A DNA stretch of 64,000 bases from Mobula hypostoma. Its lineage: Eukaryota. The notes under the pieces are model-generated. The model worked only from the letters and a program-made list of their open reading frames with translations. It did no database searches and had not been told where the DNA came from. Within the stretch, counting starts at the first letter, position 1. Every line of letters starts with the position of its first letter. The DNA lies in assembly GCF_963921235.1 (NCBI RefSeq), contig NC_086097.1:124250001-124314000 (forward strand), written 5' to 3'. Of the stretch, positions 25,259 through 36,272 are shown piece by piece. The position numbers were made by a program, and so were the translations under genes.

Positions 25259-25501
25259 ATAATAAATATACATAATTTGCTGATCCAAATAGCAACATTA
25301 GAAAAATAACCTCAATCTTAACAAGAAGAATGTCGCTCTTTCCCACACCCACCTCTAAACCATTGGCTTTACAATCACAGTCCTCTTGTCTTCTAAATAT
25401 TATTTATAATAAATGCATGTTCTTTGAAACTAAACGATTTATGAGGAAATTTACCATTTTCTAACAGCAACCATTTATCATTCAAAGAGGAAAACATTAT
25501 T

Positions 25502-25885
25502 GGCAGCTGTGGCTCAGTTGGTAGCACTCGTATCTGAGTCACAGTTTCCAGATAGAATTCCCACTCCAGAGACTCCAGCATAAAAACTAGGTTAACACCT
25601 CAGTGCAGTGCTGAAGGACTGCTACATATTTGGAGGTGTCATCCTTAGGGTAAAATGTTAAATGAAGACCAATCTGTATTCTGGCATACATTTAAAAGCA
25701 AATGCCACGTTATTCTGAACAGAGAAGCCAACCCTGACAACCAACCCATTAGCCATCCCTCACTTAGGAAAGACTAAAATAGGTTATCAGATCATTATCA
25801 ATTGTTTGCAAGAACTGCTGTTCACAGACAGGTTGCCATGTTCCCTACAACCGTGACTTCACTCTAAATCTTCTTTCGTAGTGTC
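25502..25885 (+). mobile_element. DeuSINE (SacSINE1/AmnSINE-related), near complete
   Basis: tRNA-like head tggctcagttggtagcac; Deu core cagtgcagtgctgaagga..ggaggtgtcatcctt..tgttaaa; ggttatcagatcattatca..ctgctgttcac. Confidence 0.65.
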
Positions 25886-26139
25886 CCAATTCACTACGAG
25901 ACTCCCCTCCCCACCCAGCAATGCACATAAAGTGAGCTGCACCATTGCATGTTTAAAAAGAAACTATGAACTTTGACCCGTGGAAGGACCTAATTTTGTT
26001 CTGAGTATTTTCTAAAAAAAACAAACATCCGATGCCTCAGGTAGGGCAAACGCTTGGAAAGTGACCCCCAAAGAGTGTCTTGAGAGAGCTTCCAGTAATT
26101 TTCCATGACTGATTGGTTACAACATCTGTTTATATTTTA

Positions 26140-27010
26140 CCCATTGTTAACAGCGACACAAAAAATAAGCAGCAGCGGGAGAGAAAGATTGCAGCCCGGG
26201 GAAAGAGAGGGTTTACACACTGAGCAATGGGAGGTGGTCGTTCCCACCACCCCCTGAAGCCAGCCCAGCTTCACACGTTTACCCCGGGAGGATGGGAGCG
26301 ACTGGGTTACACCCAGACAGGCCACCGAGCCCACTCCAGGCCGCCGTTCCCCACCCCCCTCCCGCAGCGAGGCCCGCCGCCGGCGCTTCCCCCTCCCCAG
26401 CCCGCCGCCAGCCCAGCGCCCACACTCACCGGCCGCCGGCTCCGCCACTAGCAGCTTCCGCCGCCAATTCGCCAGCTCCACCGATCGCCCGGCAGGCACC
26501 CCACCCCCTCCTTCGCGCAACTCCGTGGCCCCGCCCACACACCTTCTGCTGACGCATGCGCCCGCCCCGCTCCAACGTCGCGGAGGAACGCCCCGACCTG
26601 GAATGAGGATGGTACCGCTCCTCGGTCGGGCTGCCCAGAGAGGGCTGGCCGCACACAGGCTTCCTGGCCAACGTGTTCGCCAGGCTTGCGGCGCGGGAAC
26701 GACAACCAAGGAGCAAGAGTAGCGCTAATACAGACAGCAGATAGTTACTTGAAGGGGCATTCAGAAAGAAGATGATCGCCCTCTTCACGCCCCTTTCAAA
26801 ATGCTCCCAGCCACAGTATATTAAAAGCAGTTTGCACTTTAACACTGGAAGCAGTATGAACGCCCCAACTCCCACCAAACGGCGAAGGGAGCAGATAATC
26901 TAATTTAGAGTTGATCGAGTCGAAGTAAATTGAATATTTGACCCCAGCATCTGCAGAGTATTTTGTGTTTGAAATTGAATATCCGAGTACGTATATATCG
27001 CGATATGCCA
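26140..27010. promoter_or_regulatory. CpG island / housekeeping-type promoter
   Basis: Sharp GC and CpG enrichment; GC boxes at 26529-26536 and 26561-26568, NRF1-like gacgcatgcgc at 26551-26561, E2F-like ttcgcgc at 26512-26518, ETS core cttccg at 26455-26460. Confidence 0.85.
26430..26500 (-). other. Probable non-coding first exon of a minus-strand gene (5' end approximate)
   Basis: Perfect donor CCG|gtgagt (intron begins at 26429) inside the CpG island, downstream of the promoter motifs and followed by G-runs. Confidence 0.65.
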
Positions 27011-27202
27011 CATTGAGGCATGAATATTCGCCAGGATATTAGGGATAACTGAAAATAAAGATTTTATATGAGGGTTTGGTTTTAGAGTAGGTTAAAGGAT
27101 CGGCACAATATCGTGAGCCGAAGGGACTGTAATAAGCTGTAATGTTCTATATTCTAAGAGGGCAATAGGATTTTTTTCTTACAATTAGGGAAAAGAATAG
27201 AC

Positions 27203-27335
27203 AGCAACACACAAAATGCTGGAGAAAATCGGCAGGGCAGGCAGAGGAATGGAGAGGAATACACAGTCGACGTTTCTGGCCGAGACCCTTCATCGGACCT
27301 TCATCTGGATTTTCAGCATCTGTAGAATCTTGTTT
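27203..27335 (-). mobile_element. PLE-derived ~130-bp mini-element with hammerhead motif
   Basis: PLE terminus plus minus-strand CCGATGA-agggtctcggcca-GAAAC-GTC-gactg (27264-27296). Confidence 0.7.
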
Positions 27336-27924
27336 AATATTTCATTCCTAAAGACGGCTGGTGTCTGAAAGGGAAGTAATTAGCTGTTCCTGTACAGATC
27401 GCATGTTAATGTAAATATGCCCGGGTTTCCATCATTTCCCAATGAAATCATGCCTATTCAGGAAATCAGATTGGTCACGTCCATGTACCGTCCCCGCTAG
27501 CATGTTCGGACATCGTTACACACATAATGATGTCGCAAGTCGAACAAAAATTCAGTCTGCAAGTCATAGAGATGCTCTAATGGCATCCTTTTCAAAGAAA
27601 GTGAATTGCGTTGTGTTCATCTGGCTCGATTGATAACTGGTAAAGGAAAGTTAGCAGTGATTCTGAACGTACAATTGATAACGTTGCACAAAGCAGTGCA
27701 CGTTATAGGCAAAAATATTGCTTGCTTTCTTGGTTATTATGATGCAGAGGTCATTTATCTTAGGTTCAAGTCAGCTCTCAGTAGAGCAATCCAATCAATC
27801 CTATTCTCTCTCCTTATTTTTCTACAGTCTTGCATCCACTGTCAAAACAAAAATCAATTTGACTTAGTTTTTTTTATCATTTCCTACAATAAGGGGTATT
27901 TTTCAATTGCCATATTGATGCAGA

Positions 27925-28312
27925 TATGAAGGCGACATGTCAGTGTCTGTATTTCATTAGGAGTTTTGGGAGATTTGGTGTGTTACCAAAATCTGGCAAA
28001 TTTCTACAGATGTACGGTGGAGAGTATTCTAACTGGGTTGGGAGGGGTCACTGCACAGGGAAAAGCTGCAGTGGGCTACAGGCTCTGCCAGTTCCATCAT
28101 GGGCACTAGCCTCCCTACCATCGAGGACATCTTCAAAAGGAGATGCTTCAAAAAGGCAGCATCCATCATGGAGGGCCCCCATCACCCAGGATATGACCTC
28201 TCCTCATTGCTACCATCAGGGAGGAGATGCAGGAGCCTGGATATACACATCCAATGTTTTAGGAACAGTTTTTTTCTCCTTTGCCATCAGATTTATGAAT
28301 AAACAAGGAGCC
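27925..28312 (+). mobile_element. Rex1-type LINE 3' fragment (tail continues at about 28935-29082)
   Basis: MGTSLPTIEDIFKRRCFKKAASI..HPG..LLPSGRR peptide. Confidence 0.75.
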
Positions 28313-28327
28313 AACCCAACTATTTTT

Positions 28328-28926
28328 GGCAACACACATAAAAGTTGCTGGTGAATGCAGCATCTCCAGGAAGAGGTACAGACGACGATTCGGGCCGAGA
28401 CCCTTCGTCAGGACTAACCAAAAGAAGAGCTAGTAAGAGATTTGAAAGTGGGAGGGGGAGGGGGAGATCCAAAATGATAGGAGAAGACAGGAGGGGGAGG
28501 GATGGAGCCAAGAGCTGGACAGGTGATTGGCAAAAGGGATATGAGAGGATCATGGGACAGGAGGCCCAGGGAGAAAGAAAAGGGGGAGGGGGGGGAACCA
28601 GAGGATGAGCAAGGGGTATAGTGAGAGGGACAGAGGGAGAAAAAGGAGAGAGAGAAAAAGAATGTGTATATAAATAAATAACAGATGGGGTACGAGGGGG
28701 AGGTGGGGCATTAGCAGAAGTTTGAGAAGTCAATGTTCATGCCATCAGGTTGGAGGCTACCCAGACGGAATACAAGGTGTTGTTCCTCCAACCTGAGTGT
28801 GGCTTCATCTTGACAGTAGAGGAGGCCGTGGATAGACATATCAGAATGGGAGTGAGACATGGAATTAAAATGTGTGGCCACTGGGAGACCCTGCTTTCTC
28901 TGGCGGACAGAGCGTAGGTGTTCAGC
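28328..28926 (-). mobile_element. Penelope-like element 3' fragment
   Basis: GIY-YIG C-terminal remnant; CpG-retaining hammerhead motif at 28379-28415. Confidence 0.8.
28379..28415 (-). ncRNA. Minimal type-I hammerhead ribozyme motif (best-preserved copy, one core change)
   Basis: agtc-CTGACGA-aGGGtctcggCCC-GAAT-C-GTC-gtctg; the consensus has GAAA at the GAAT position. Confidence 0.6.
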
Positions 28927-29462
28927 GAGGCAGAGAGAACGTGTTTGCTCTCTTTTGCATGACCTCTAATTTTTTTTTTAAATATATATTTCTTATTGCA
29001 CTGTATTGCTGCTACAAAGCAATGGATTTCCTGATGTATGCTATTATGTATGCTTTCCCGATATTAAACCTGATTCTGATTCAATTAACCTACCAGAAAG
29101 TCTCTAGGACAAGGGTGGAGACCAAAGCAATGGGCAGAAATCACCACAAAGGAAACATGCAAATTCTTAGTGTTTGAAAAACTTTCTGTTAAGGTTGTTG
29201 CAAAGTTGAAAGAAGAATGTGCAGAGAAACATTCTTTGATACATTGCCAATCTCAGAAAAGATATGTTCCCTAGAAGCATTGAGAAGATAAGTGGCTGAC
29301 ACCACAGTACAGGAACATGGTTACCTTCATGAATAATTCACCATGCTTCCAGAACAACGATAGATTGGTACAAGGGAGAAAAATTACACAGAAATATATT
29401 AGGGACATTTAAGAAACTCTTTGGATAAGGACATGGATGAATGACAGGCAAGAGGAGAGTTA

Positions 29463-30372
29463 CCATAGAAAACCATAGTAACTACAGCACAGAAACAGGC
29501 CTTTTGGCTCTTCTTGGCTGTGCCGAACCATTTTCTGCCTAGTGCCATGGGCCATATCCCTCCATACACCTCCCATCCATGTATCTGTCCAATTTATTCT
29601 TAAATGTTAAAAAAGAACCCGCATTTACCACCTCGTCTGGCAGCTCATTCCATACTCCCACCAGTCTGTGTGAAGAAGCCCCCCTAATGTTTCCTTTAAA
29701 CTTGCCCCTCCTCACCCTTAACCCACGTCCTCTGGGTTTTTTTTCTCCCCTTGCCTCAGTGGAAAAAGCCTGTTTGCATTCACTATCTATACCCATCATA
29801 ATTTTATATACCTCTATCAAATCTCCCCTCATTCTTCTACGCTCCAGGGAATAAAGTCCTAACCTATTCAACCTTTCTCTGTAACTGAGTTTCTCAAGTC
29901 CCGGCAACATCCTTGTAAACCTTCTCTGCACTCTTTCAACCTTATTTATATCCTTCCTGTAATTTGGTGACCAAAACTGAACACAATACTCCAGATTCGG
30001 CCTCACCAATGCCTTATACAACCTCATCATAACATTCCAGCTCTTATACTCAATACTTCGATTAATAAAGGCCAATGTATCAAAAGCTCTTTTTACGACC
30101 CTATCTACCTGTGATGCCACTTTTAGGGAATTTTGTATCTGTAATCCCAAATCCCTCTGTTCCACTGCACTCCTCAGTGCCTTACCATTAACCCTGTATG
30201 TTCTACCTTGGTTTGTCCTTCCAACGTGCAATACCTCACACTTGTCAGTATTAAACTCCATCTGCCATTTTTCAGCCCATTTTTCCAGCTGGTCCAAGTA
30301 CCTCTGCAGGCTCTGAAAACCTTCCTCACTATCTACTACACCTCCAATCTTTGTATCATCAGCAAATTTGCT
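29463..30372 (-). mobile_element. Young CR1 LINE, 3' part
   Basis: ORF 29539-30297 (WQMEFNTDKCEVLH..RPNLEYCVQFWSP); (ttctatggt)-like tail. Confidence 0.9.
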
Positions 30373-32167
30373 TAGTCCCCTATTATTTGATATTGCATTA
30401 GAACCTCTTGCAATTGCTATTCGAGAATCTTCAAATATTACTGGGATAACTCGGGGATTAAAGTCCCATAAATTATCACTCTATGCTGATGATTTACTTT
30501 TATATATCTCTAATCCTGAGAGATCCATTCCTGCTGTTTTAGAGTTATTAGCACAATTTGGTCTTTTCTCAGGTTATAAATTAAATCTTAGTAAGAGTGA
30601 ACTTTTTCCGATTAATAAACATCTTCCCTTATATTATAAATTTCCATTTAAATTGATTAATAATTACTTTTCATATCTTGGGATTAAAATTACTTGTAAA
30701 TACAAAGATTTATTTAAGACTAACTTTTTACCATTAATAGACCATATTACTCAACTTTCATCTAAATGGTTTCCTTTATATTTAACTTTGATTGGTCGTA
30801 TTAATGCGGTTAAGATGTTTTTTTTGCCAAAATTTTTATATGTGTTTCAGGCATTACCAATTTTCGTTCCTAAATCTTTTTTTGATAAAGTTGACTCTAA
30901 AATTTCTTCATTTATTTGGCAGAATAAGAATCCGAGACTGGGTAAAATACATTTACAGAAAGCTAAGAGAGATGGAGGTTTAGCATTACCTAACTTTAGA
31001 TTCTATTATTGGGCTATTAATATTCGACATATGAAATTTTGGTTACTTGACCAGGACATACTATCTATTCCTAAATGGGTAGCATTGGAATTACAATCGG
31101 TTCAGGGTTATACACTGGGTTCTATTTTAGGCTCCTCTCTCCCTTTTGATTCGAAACGTCTTAAGCAGGTCTCTAACCCGATAGTTAAATATGCTTTGCG
31201 CATTTGGTTTCAATTCAGAAAATTTTTTGATCTTAATCAATTCGGGTTAGCGATTCCTATTTTAGGTAACATATTTTTTCCTCCCTCTTTTACAGATCGC
31301 GCTTTTCAAACTTGGAAGACTAAGGGTATTTTACGGTTTTTGGATTTATTTTTAGATGGTTCCCTTATGTCTTTTGAACAATTATCTAATAAATATAACT
31401 TATCAAGAATACATTTTTTTAGATATTTACAAGTTAGAAATTTCCTAAGTACTATACTTTCTTCCTTTCCAATGCTTCCTCCTACATATATTTTAGATTC
31501 GATAATTAACCTTAATCCATGTCAGAAAGGTGCATCGGCTATGATTTATAATATTATTATGAAACTTAGGAAAGCTCCATTTGATAAGATTAGGGTAGAT
31601 TGGGAACAGGAATTGGGGCTTACCATTTCTGTGGATGATTGGGGGCAGATTTTACAATTAGTTAATACTTCCTCTATTTGTGCTAAACATTCCCTAATTC
31701 AATTTAAAGTGGTTCATAGAGCACATATGTCCAAAGATAAGTTAGCGCGTTTTTACTCGCATATTAATCCTTTCTGTGATAGATGTTCGGGGCAGATAGC
31801 CTCTTTAACTCATATGTTTTGGTCTTGCCCTGCTTTGGAAACTTTTTGGAGAGATATTTTCAATATTATTTCTAAGGTATTAAATATAGATATCTCTCCT
31901 CACCCTATTACTGCTATCTTTGGACTACCTAAAATTTCTAGTAATCTTTCCCCTTCAGCCCGTAGAATGATTGCATTTCTTACTTTAATGGCGAAAAGAT
32001 GTATTTTACAACATTGGAAAGAGCTTAATGCTCCAACTACCTTTTTTTGGTTTTCTCAGACGATTTTATGTTTGAATTTGGAGAAAATTAGAAGTAACCT
32101 TTATGATTCTTCATTTAAATTTGAACAGATTTGGGGACCTTTTATTCGATATTTTCATTTAATGTAA
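30368..32167 (+). CDS. L1 ORF2 C-terminal portion (partial RT plus CCHC zinc knuckle); uninterrupted, no genuine start codon
   Basis: LSPLLF, YADD, YLGI, GGLALPNF and CDRC..H..WSC motifs over 599 open codons. Confidence 0.85.
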   Translation: MLSPLLFDIALEPLAIAIRESSNITGITRGLKSHKLSLYADDLLLYISNPERSIPAVLELLAQFGLFSGYKLNLSKSELFPINKHLPLYYKFPFKLINNYFSYLGIKITCKYKDLFKTNFLPLIDHITQLSSKWFPLYLTLIGRINAVKMFFLPKFLYVFQALPIFVPKSFFDKVDSKISSFIWQNKNPRLGKIHLQKAKRDGGLALPNFRFYYWAINIRHMKFWLLDQDILSIPKWVALELQSVQGYTLGSILGSSLPFDSKRLKQVSNPIVKYALRIWFQFRKFFDLNQFGLAIPILGNIFFPPSFTDRAFQTWKTKGILRFLDLFLDGSLMSFEQLSNKYNLSRIHFFRYLQVRNFLSTILSSFPMLPPTYILDSIINLNPCQKGASAMIYNIIMKLRKAPFDKIRVDWEQELGLTISVDDWGQILQLVNTSSICAKHSLIQFKVVHRAHMSKDKLARFYSHINPFCDRCSGQIASLTHMFWSCPALETFWRDIFNIISKVLNIDISPHPITAIFGLPKISSNLSPSARRMIAFLTLMAKRCILQHWKELNAPTTFFWFSQTILCLNLEKIRSNLYDSSFKFEQIWGPFIRYFHLM

Positions 32168-32531
32168 TATTTACCCTTCTTGTTTTTTTTTCACTGTTTT
32201 TAATGGAGGTCGGGATTGAGGACGTGATTTTAAGTTTAACTCTGTTTGGTTTCAAGTTAGCCCATTGCTTTGCTTTGCTTTTAGTTAGCTGCACGGTGGG
32301 TTTTTTTTTGGGGTTTTTTTTTTTTCTTTTTTTTCCATTGATATATATAAAATTTAGTATACTATTATGTTATCTTGGTTTCTTATGTTTAAATTACATT
32401 GTTTGTAGTAATTTCTTTTTGGTATTGATATCTTTTGGAATTTTATTATACTTTAACATTGTATTAATGTTTATATGGCTTACCTTTTTTGTATACTTAC
32501 TCAATAAAAAGATTTAAAAAGAAAGAAAGAA
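30371..32531 (+). mobile_element. 5'-truncated L1-clade LINE with 12-bp TSD
   Basis: TSD agcaaatttgct at 30361-30372 and 32532-32543; T-rich 3' UTR, AATAAA and an A/GAAA tail. Confidence 0.92.
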
Positions 32532-33349
32532 AGCAAATTTGCTGATCCGATTTACCACATCATCCAGATCATTGATATAGATGACAAATAACAATGGACC
32601 CAGCACTGATCCCTGTGGCACACCACTAGTCACAGGCCTCCACTCGGAGAAGCAATTCTCTACTACCACTCTTTGGCTTCTTCCATTGAACCAATGTCTA
32701 ATCCAATTTACCACCTCTCCATGTATACCTAGCGACCGAATTTTCCTAACTAATCTCCCATGCGGGACCCTGTCAAAGGCCTTACTGAAGTCCATGTAGA
32801 CAATATCCACTGCCTTCCCTTCATCCGCTTTCCTGGTAACCTCCTTGAAAAACTCCAATAGATGGTCAAACATGACCTACCACGCACAAATTCATGTTGA
32901 CTCTCCCTAATAAGTCCCTGTCTATCCAAATGCTTATAGATTCTGTCTCTTAGTACTCCCTCCAATAACTTACCTACTACCGATGTTAAACTTACTGGCC
33001 TACAATTTCCCGGATTACTTTTCGATTCTTTTTTAAACAACGGAACAACATGACCCACTCTCCAATCCTTCAGCACCTCACCCGTAGACAGCGACATTTT
33101 AAATATTTCTGCCAGGGCCCCTGCAATTTCAACACTAGTCTCCTTCAAGGTCCGAGGGAACACCCTGTCAGGTCCCGGGAATTTATCCACTTTAATTTTC
33201 CTCAAGATAGCAAGGACCTCCTTCTTTTCAATCTGTACAGTTTCCATGATCTCACTACTTGATTCCCTCAATTCCATAGACTTCATGCCAGTTTCCTTAG
33301 TAAATACAGACACAAAAAACCTATTTGAGATCTCCCCCATTTCCTTTGG
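32532..33349 (-). mobile_element. Young CR1 LINE, upstream part
   Basis: [42 protein letters not shown] and ISKFA, the last cut by the L1. Confidence 0.9.
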
Positions 33350-33684
33350 AAGTGGGACGTAGGTAGGAAGGGTTAGATGGATCTTAGAGTAGATTAAATG
33401 TTAGCACAACATCATGGGGTGAAGAGCCTGTGCTGTGCTGCTATGTTCTATGTCATTGATCCCTAATGATAAAAAACTATTAATTGGAATGACTCTGAAT
33501 TTGCAAATCTACAGTCCCTTCATTATTACAAACCTCTAATCCTTCTGCTCCCCTCTATTCCTGGTCTTTAATTCATCCAGATTTTACTAGTAGCAGCAAT
33601 GGCTTTTGTCACAAAAATCCATGAGCTCCAAAGTTCACTCCCTACAGTTGTTCTTAACTCTACATTGCCTTCGTTAAATTCTCC

Positions 33685-34863
33685 TGTCACATGGAGGGGC
33701 ACTGGGAGCAGACCCAAATGCAAGACACAGACACTGAAGTACTAGGAACAGGACTTGACTACAGAGCTGGGACAAGAACACAGACTTGGGCTAGGACATT
33801 GGCTAGGCAAGCAGAACCAGGACAAGGCATTGGGAACTAGGAGCCTGGGCTTGGACTCCGAGCCGGAGACTGGACAAGGACCCAGAACCTGGGTCTTGAC
33901 TGGGGCTCAGACTTGGGAACTAGGCGAAGACATGACGTGGTCTTGGGAGACGGGACTAGGCGAGGCTACAGGACAGAATGAGAGACACCTGGGCAAGACG
34001 AGGGAACTCCAGCACAGGACGAGGGAACTTCAGCACAGGATGGAGCACATGGACAGGATGAGAACACAAAGCCTTGACTTGGTACTCAGGAACAGTCGAG
34101 CCTTGGACTTGGGACGACAGGAACCTCAGAACCTTGGACTTGGGACGACAGGAACCTTGGAACGCAGAGCCTTGGTCTTGGGAAGGACAGGAACACAGAG
34201 CCTTGAGCACAGGAACACGGACAGAGCCTTGCACTTGAGAGACAGGAACACAGGGACATGGAACACAAAGCCAGGACCCCTCCTTGGGAACAGGACTTGG
34301 GATCAGGGCTCTACACAATGCTGAACATGACAAGACAGTTCCCAACACCAAGTAGCAGCATACAGCCAGACCTACCTAGTGCAGGCATGGACACAGAGAC
34401 AGTTCCAACTCAATGATAGACAGTTCCTTATCTTGACACAGCAAGGCTCCAGTCTCACTCCAGAGGTAGAGCTTGCCAAGGTTGCAGGCAAGGATCCAGA
34501 CACCAGTCACAGGCCAAGGCTCCAGAAGGAAGGGGAAGGAAAGGGAACAGTCCAGCATCAGGGTAACAGCAAAGATGGCCTGGCTTACCCAGCAGAGACA
34601 AGGACAGGAAAGGACAGATCCAACCACAGGGCAATAGCAAAGACAGCCTGACTTACCCCACAGAGGCAAGGATGGGATACTGACAAGACAAATCAGCACC
34701 CATACTTGAACCCAGGGCCACTTATATTCCCAGCCCCAAGATGAGCATCAGGTGCTTATGATTAAGCCCAGCTGAAACAAGGGACAGCTGGAAGACCTGG
34801 AGTCTGGAATCCATGGATCGGACCGTGAACCGGAATGCGAACTTCACGGACCAGACCATGACA
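33685..34863 (-). mobile_element. Solo LTR or LTR-like element with internal minisatellite
   Basis: TGTCA...TGACA ends; flanks tctcc/gctcc (near 5-bp TSD); ~30-bp tandem repeats at about 34070-34270; minus-strand TATA-like tataag at about 34721-34726. Confidence 0.7.
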
Positions 34864-35329
34864 GCTCCTCAATACTTCACTCTTTGATCATCTACGGTTT
34901 TGAAGTTAGCAATCAATTTTTGCTTGCGAACATTTCCCTGATCTGTTTTTCCTGTGCTATTGATGTTATATAAATGGAGTGTGTTGTTGCTGACAAAGAC
35001 AAGTTGTCAATGAAGTTATAGGAAGGGTACGTGAAAACAGTAAGTTATTTTAATGGGAAACCTCAATCACCAAACTGTCCGTACAAATATTAAAGAAAGA
35101 ACCAAAGGAAATATCCATTTGACCCAATACTTTTAAATGACCCAGGAGATGTCAAAAAATTGGAAGTTGTGGCAACAATTGGAAAATAATAGCTTTTACA
35201 TTATTCATTGCACCTAGAAATCATAACATTAAAATAAACAATTCAGTGAAATGAGAAAACAACTAAAACAATTATGATCTATGATTCACTTGGCTCATTT
35301 ATGACACCATGAGCCTCCACATAAAACAC

Positions 35330-35868
35330 ATCATTCCTATCCTCATTCTTGTTCCAACATGTTGGTTCATGGCTTCCTTTTCTGCCACTATAAGGTCACT
35401 TTCAGGCTGAAGGAGCAATACCTCATATTCCACCTATCTGATGGCATGAACATCAATTTCTCCTTCCAGTATCTTTTTTTCTCTTTCCCATTCCCTCTTA
35501 TTTTATTCTCAACTCTGGCCTCTTATCTCTTTGCCTCACTTGCATATCAACTCCTCCAGGTGTCCCTTTTCCTCCCCTTTATCCCATGGTCTACTCTACT
35601 GTCATATCAACTTCCTACTTCCACGACCCTTTACTTGTCCATCCACCTGGCTTCACCGATCACCCTATAGCTTGTTCTCCTCCCCCTCCCTCCACCTTTT
35701 TATTCTGGCGTCTTCCCCCTCCCTTTCCAGTCCTGATGGAAGGTCTCAGTCTGGAACATTGACTGTTTATTCCTTTCCATGGGTGCTGCCTGATCTGCTG
35801 AGTTCCTCCAGCATTTTGTGTGTGTGCTTTGGACTTCCAGTATCTGCAGAATCTTCTGTGTTTATGAT
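35330..35868 (+). mobile_element. Penelope-like element 3' fragment
   Basis: VHGFLFCH..FRLKEQYLIFHL..DGMNINFS peptide; hammerhead remnant at 35728-35765. Confidence 0.75.
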
Positions 35869-35954
35869 CCATGAGGTTTACTCAATAGAACCTTATTCGA
35901 ACATCTTTAAAGATGTATTGCTGAGCATTTAAAGACCAACAAGATCTGTAGACC

Positions 35955-36272
35955 AACAAGATTCCACTGAAGTTGGGTGAGACTAGAACTAGAGGTCATA
36001 GGTTAAGAGTGGAAGGTTAAATGTTTAAGGGGAAAGTGAGGTGGAACTTCATCACTCAGAGTGTGGTGAGAGTGTGGAACAAGCTGCCAGCAGAAGTGGT
36101 GGATGTGGGTTTGATTTAAACTTCTAAGAGAAATTTGGATGTACATGGATAGGAGGGGTATGGAGGGCTATGCTCCGGATATGGGTCAAGGGGACGAGGC
36201 GGAATAATCATCTGGCACAGACTAGATGGGCCAAAAGGTCTGTTTCTGTGCAGTAATGCTCAATGACTCTAA
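35955..36272 (+). mobile_element. CR1 3' end
   Basis: RTRGHRLRV..FITQSVVRVWNKLP remnant and tail. Confidence 0.75.

Noticed and set aside
26137..26878. Several overlapping ORFs (up to 190 aa) in the CpG island
   Set aside because: Low-complexity G/R/P/A-rich translations are expected from GC-rich DNA; no recognisable domains and mostly non-ATG starts.
27468..27480. ERSE-II-like motif attggtcacgt / second promoter
   Set aside because: Does not match ATTGG-N-CCACG, and no plus-strand exon could be supported.
30368..32167. 599-aa ORF as a host or domesticated gene
   Set aside because: It begins mid-RT at a TTG inside the TSD and has a tail and TSD, so it is a truncated L1 insertion.
33755..34351. 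189-aa and 131-aa ORFs
   Set aside because: Artefacts of tandem repeats within the LTR-like element.
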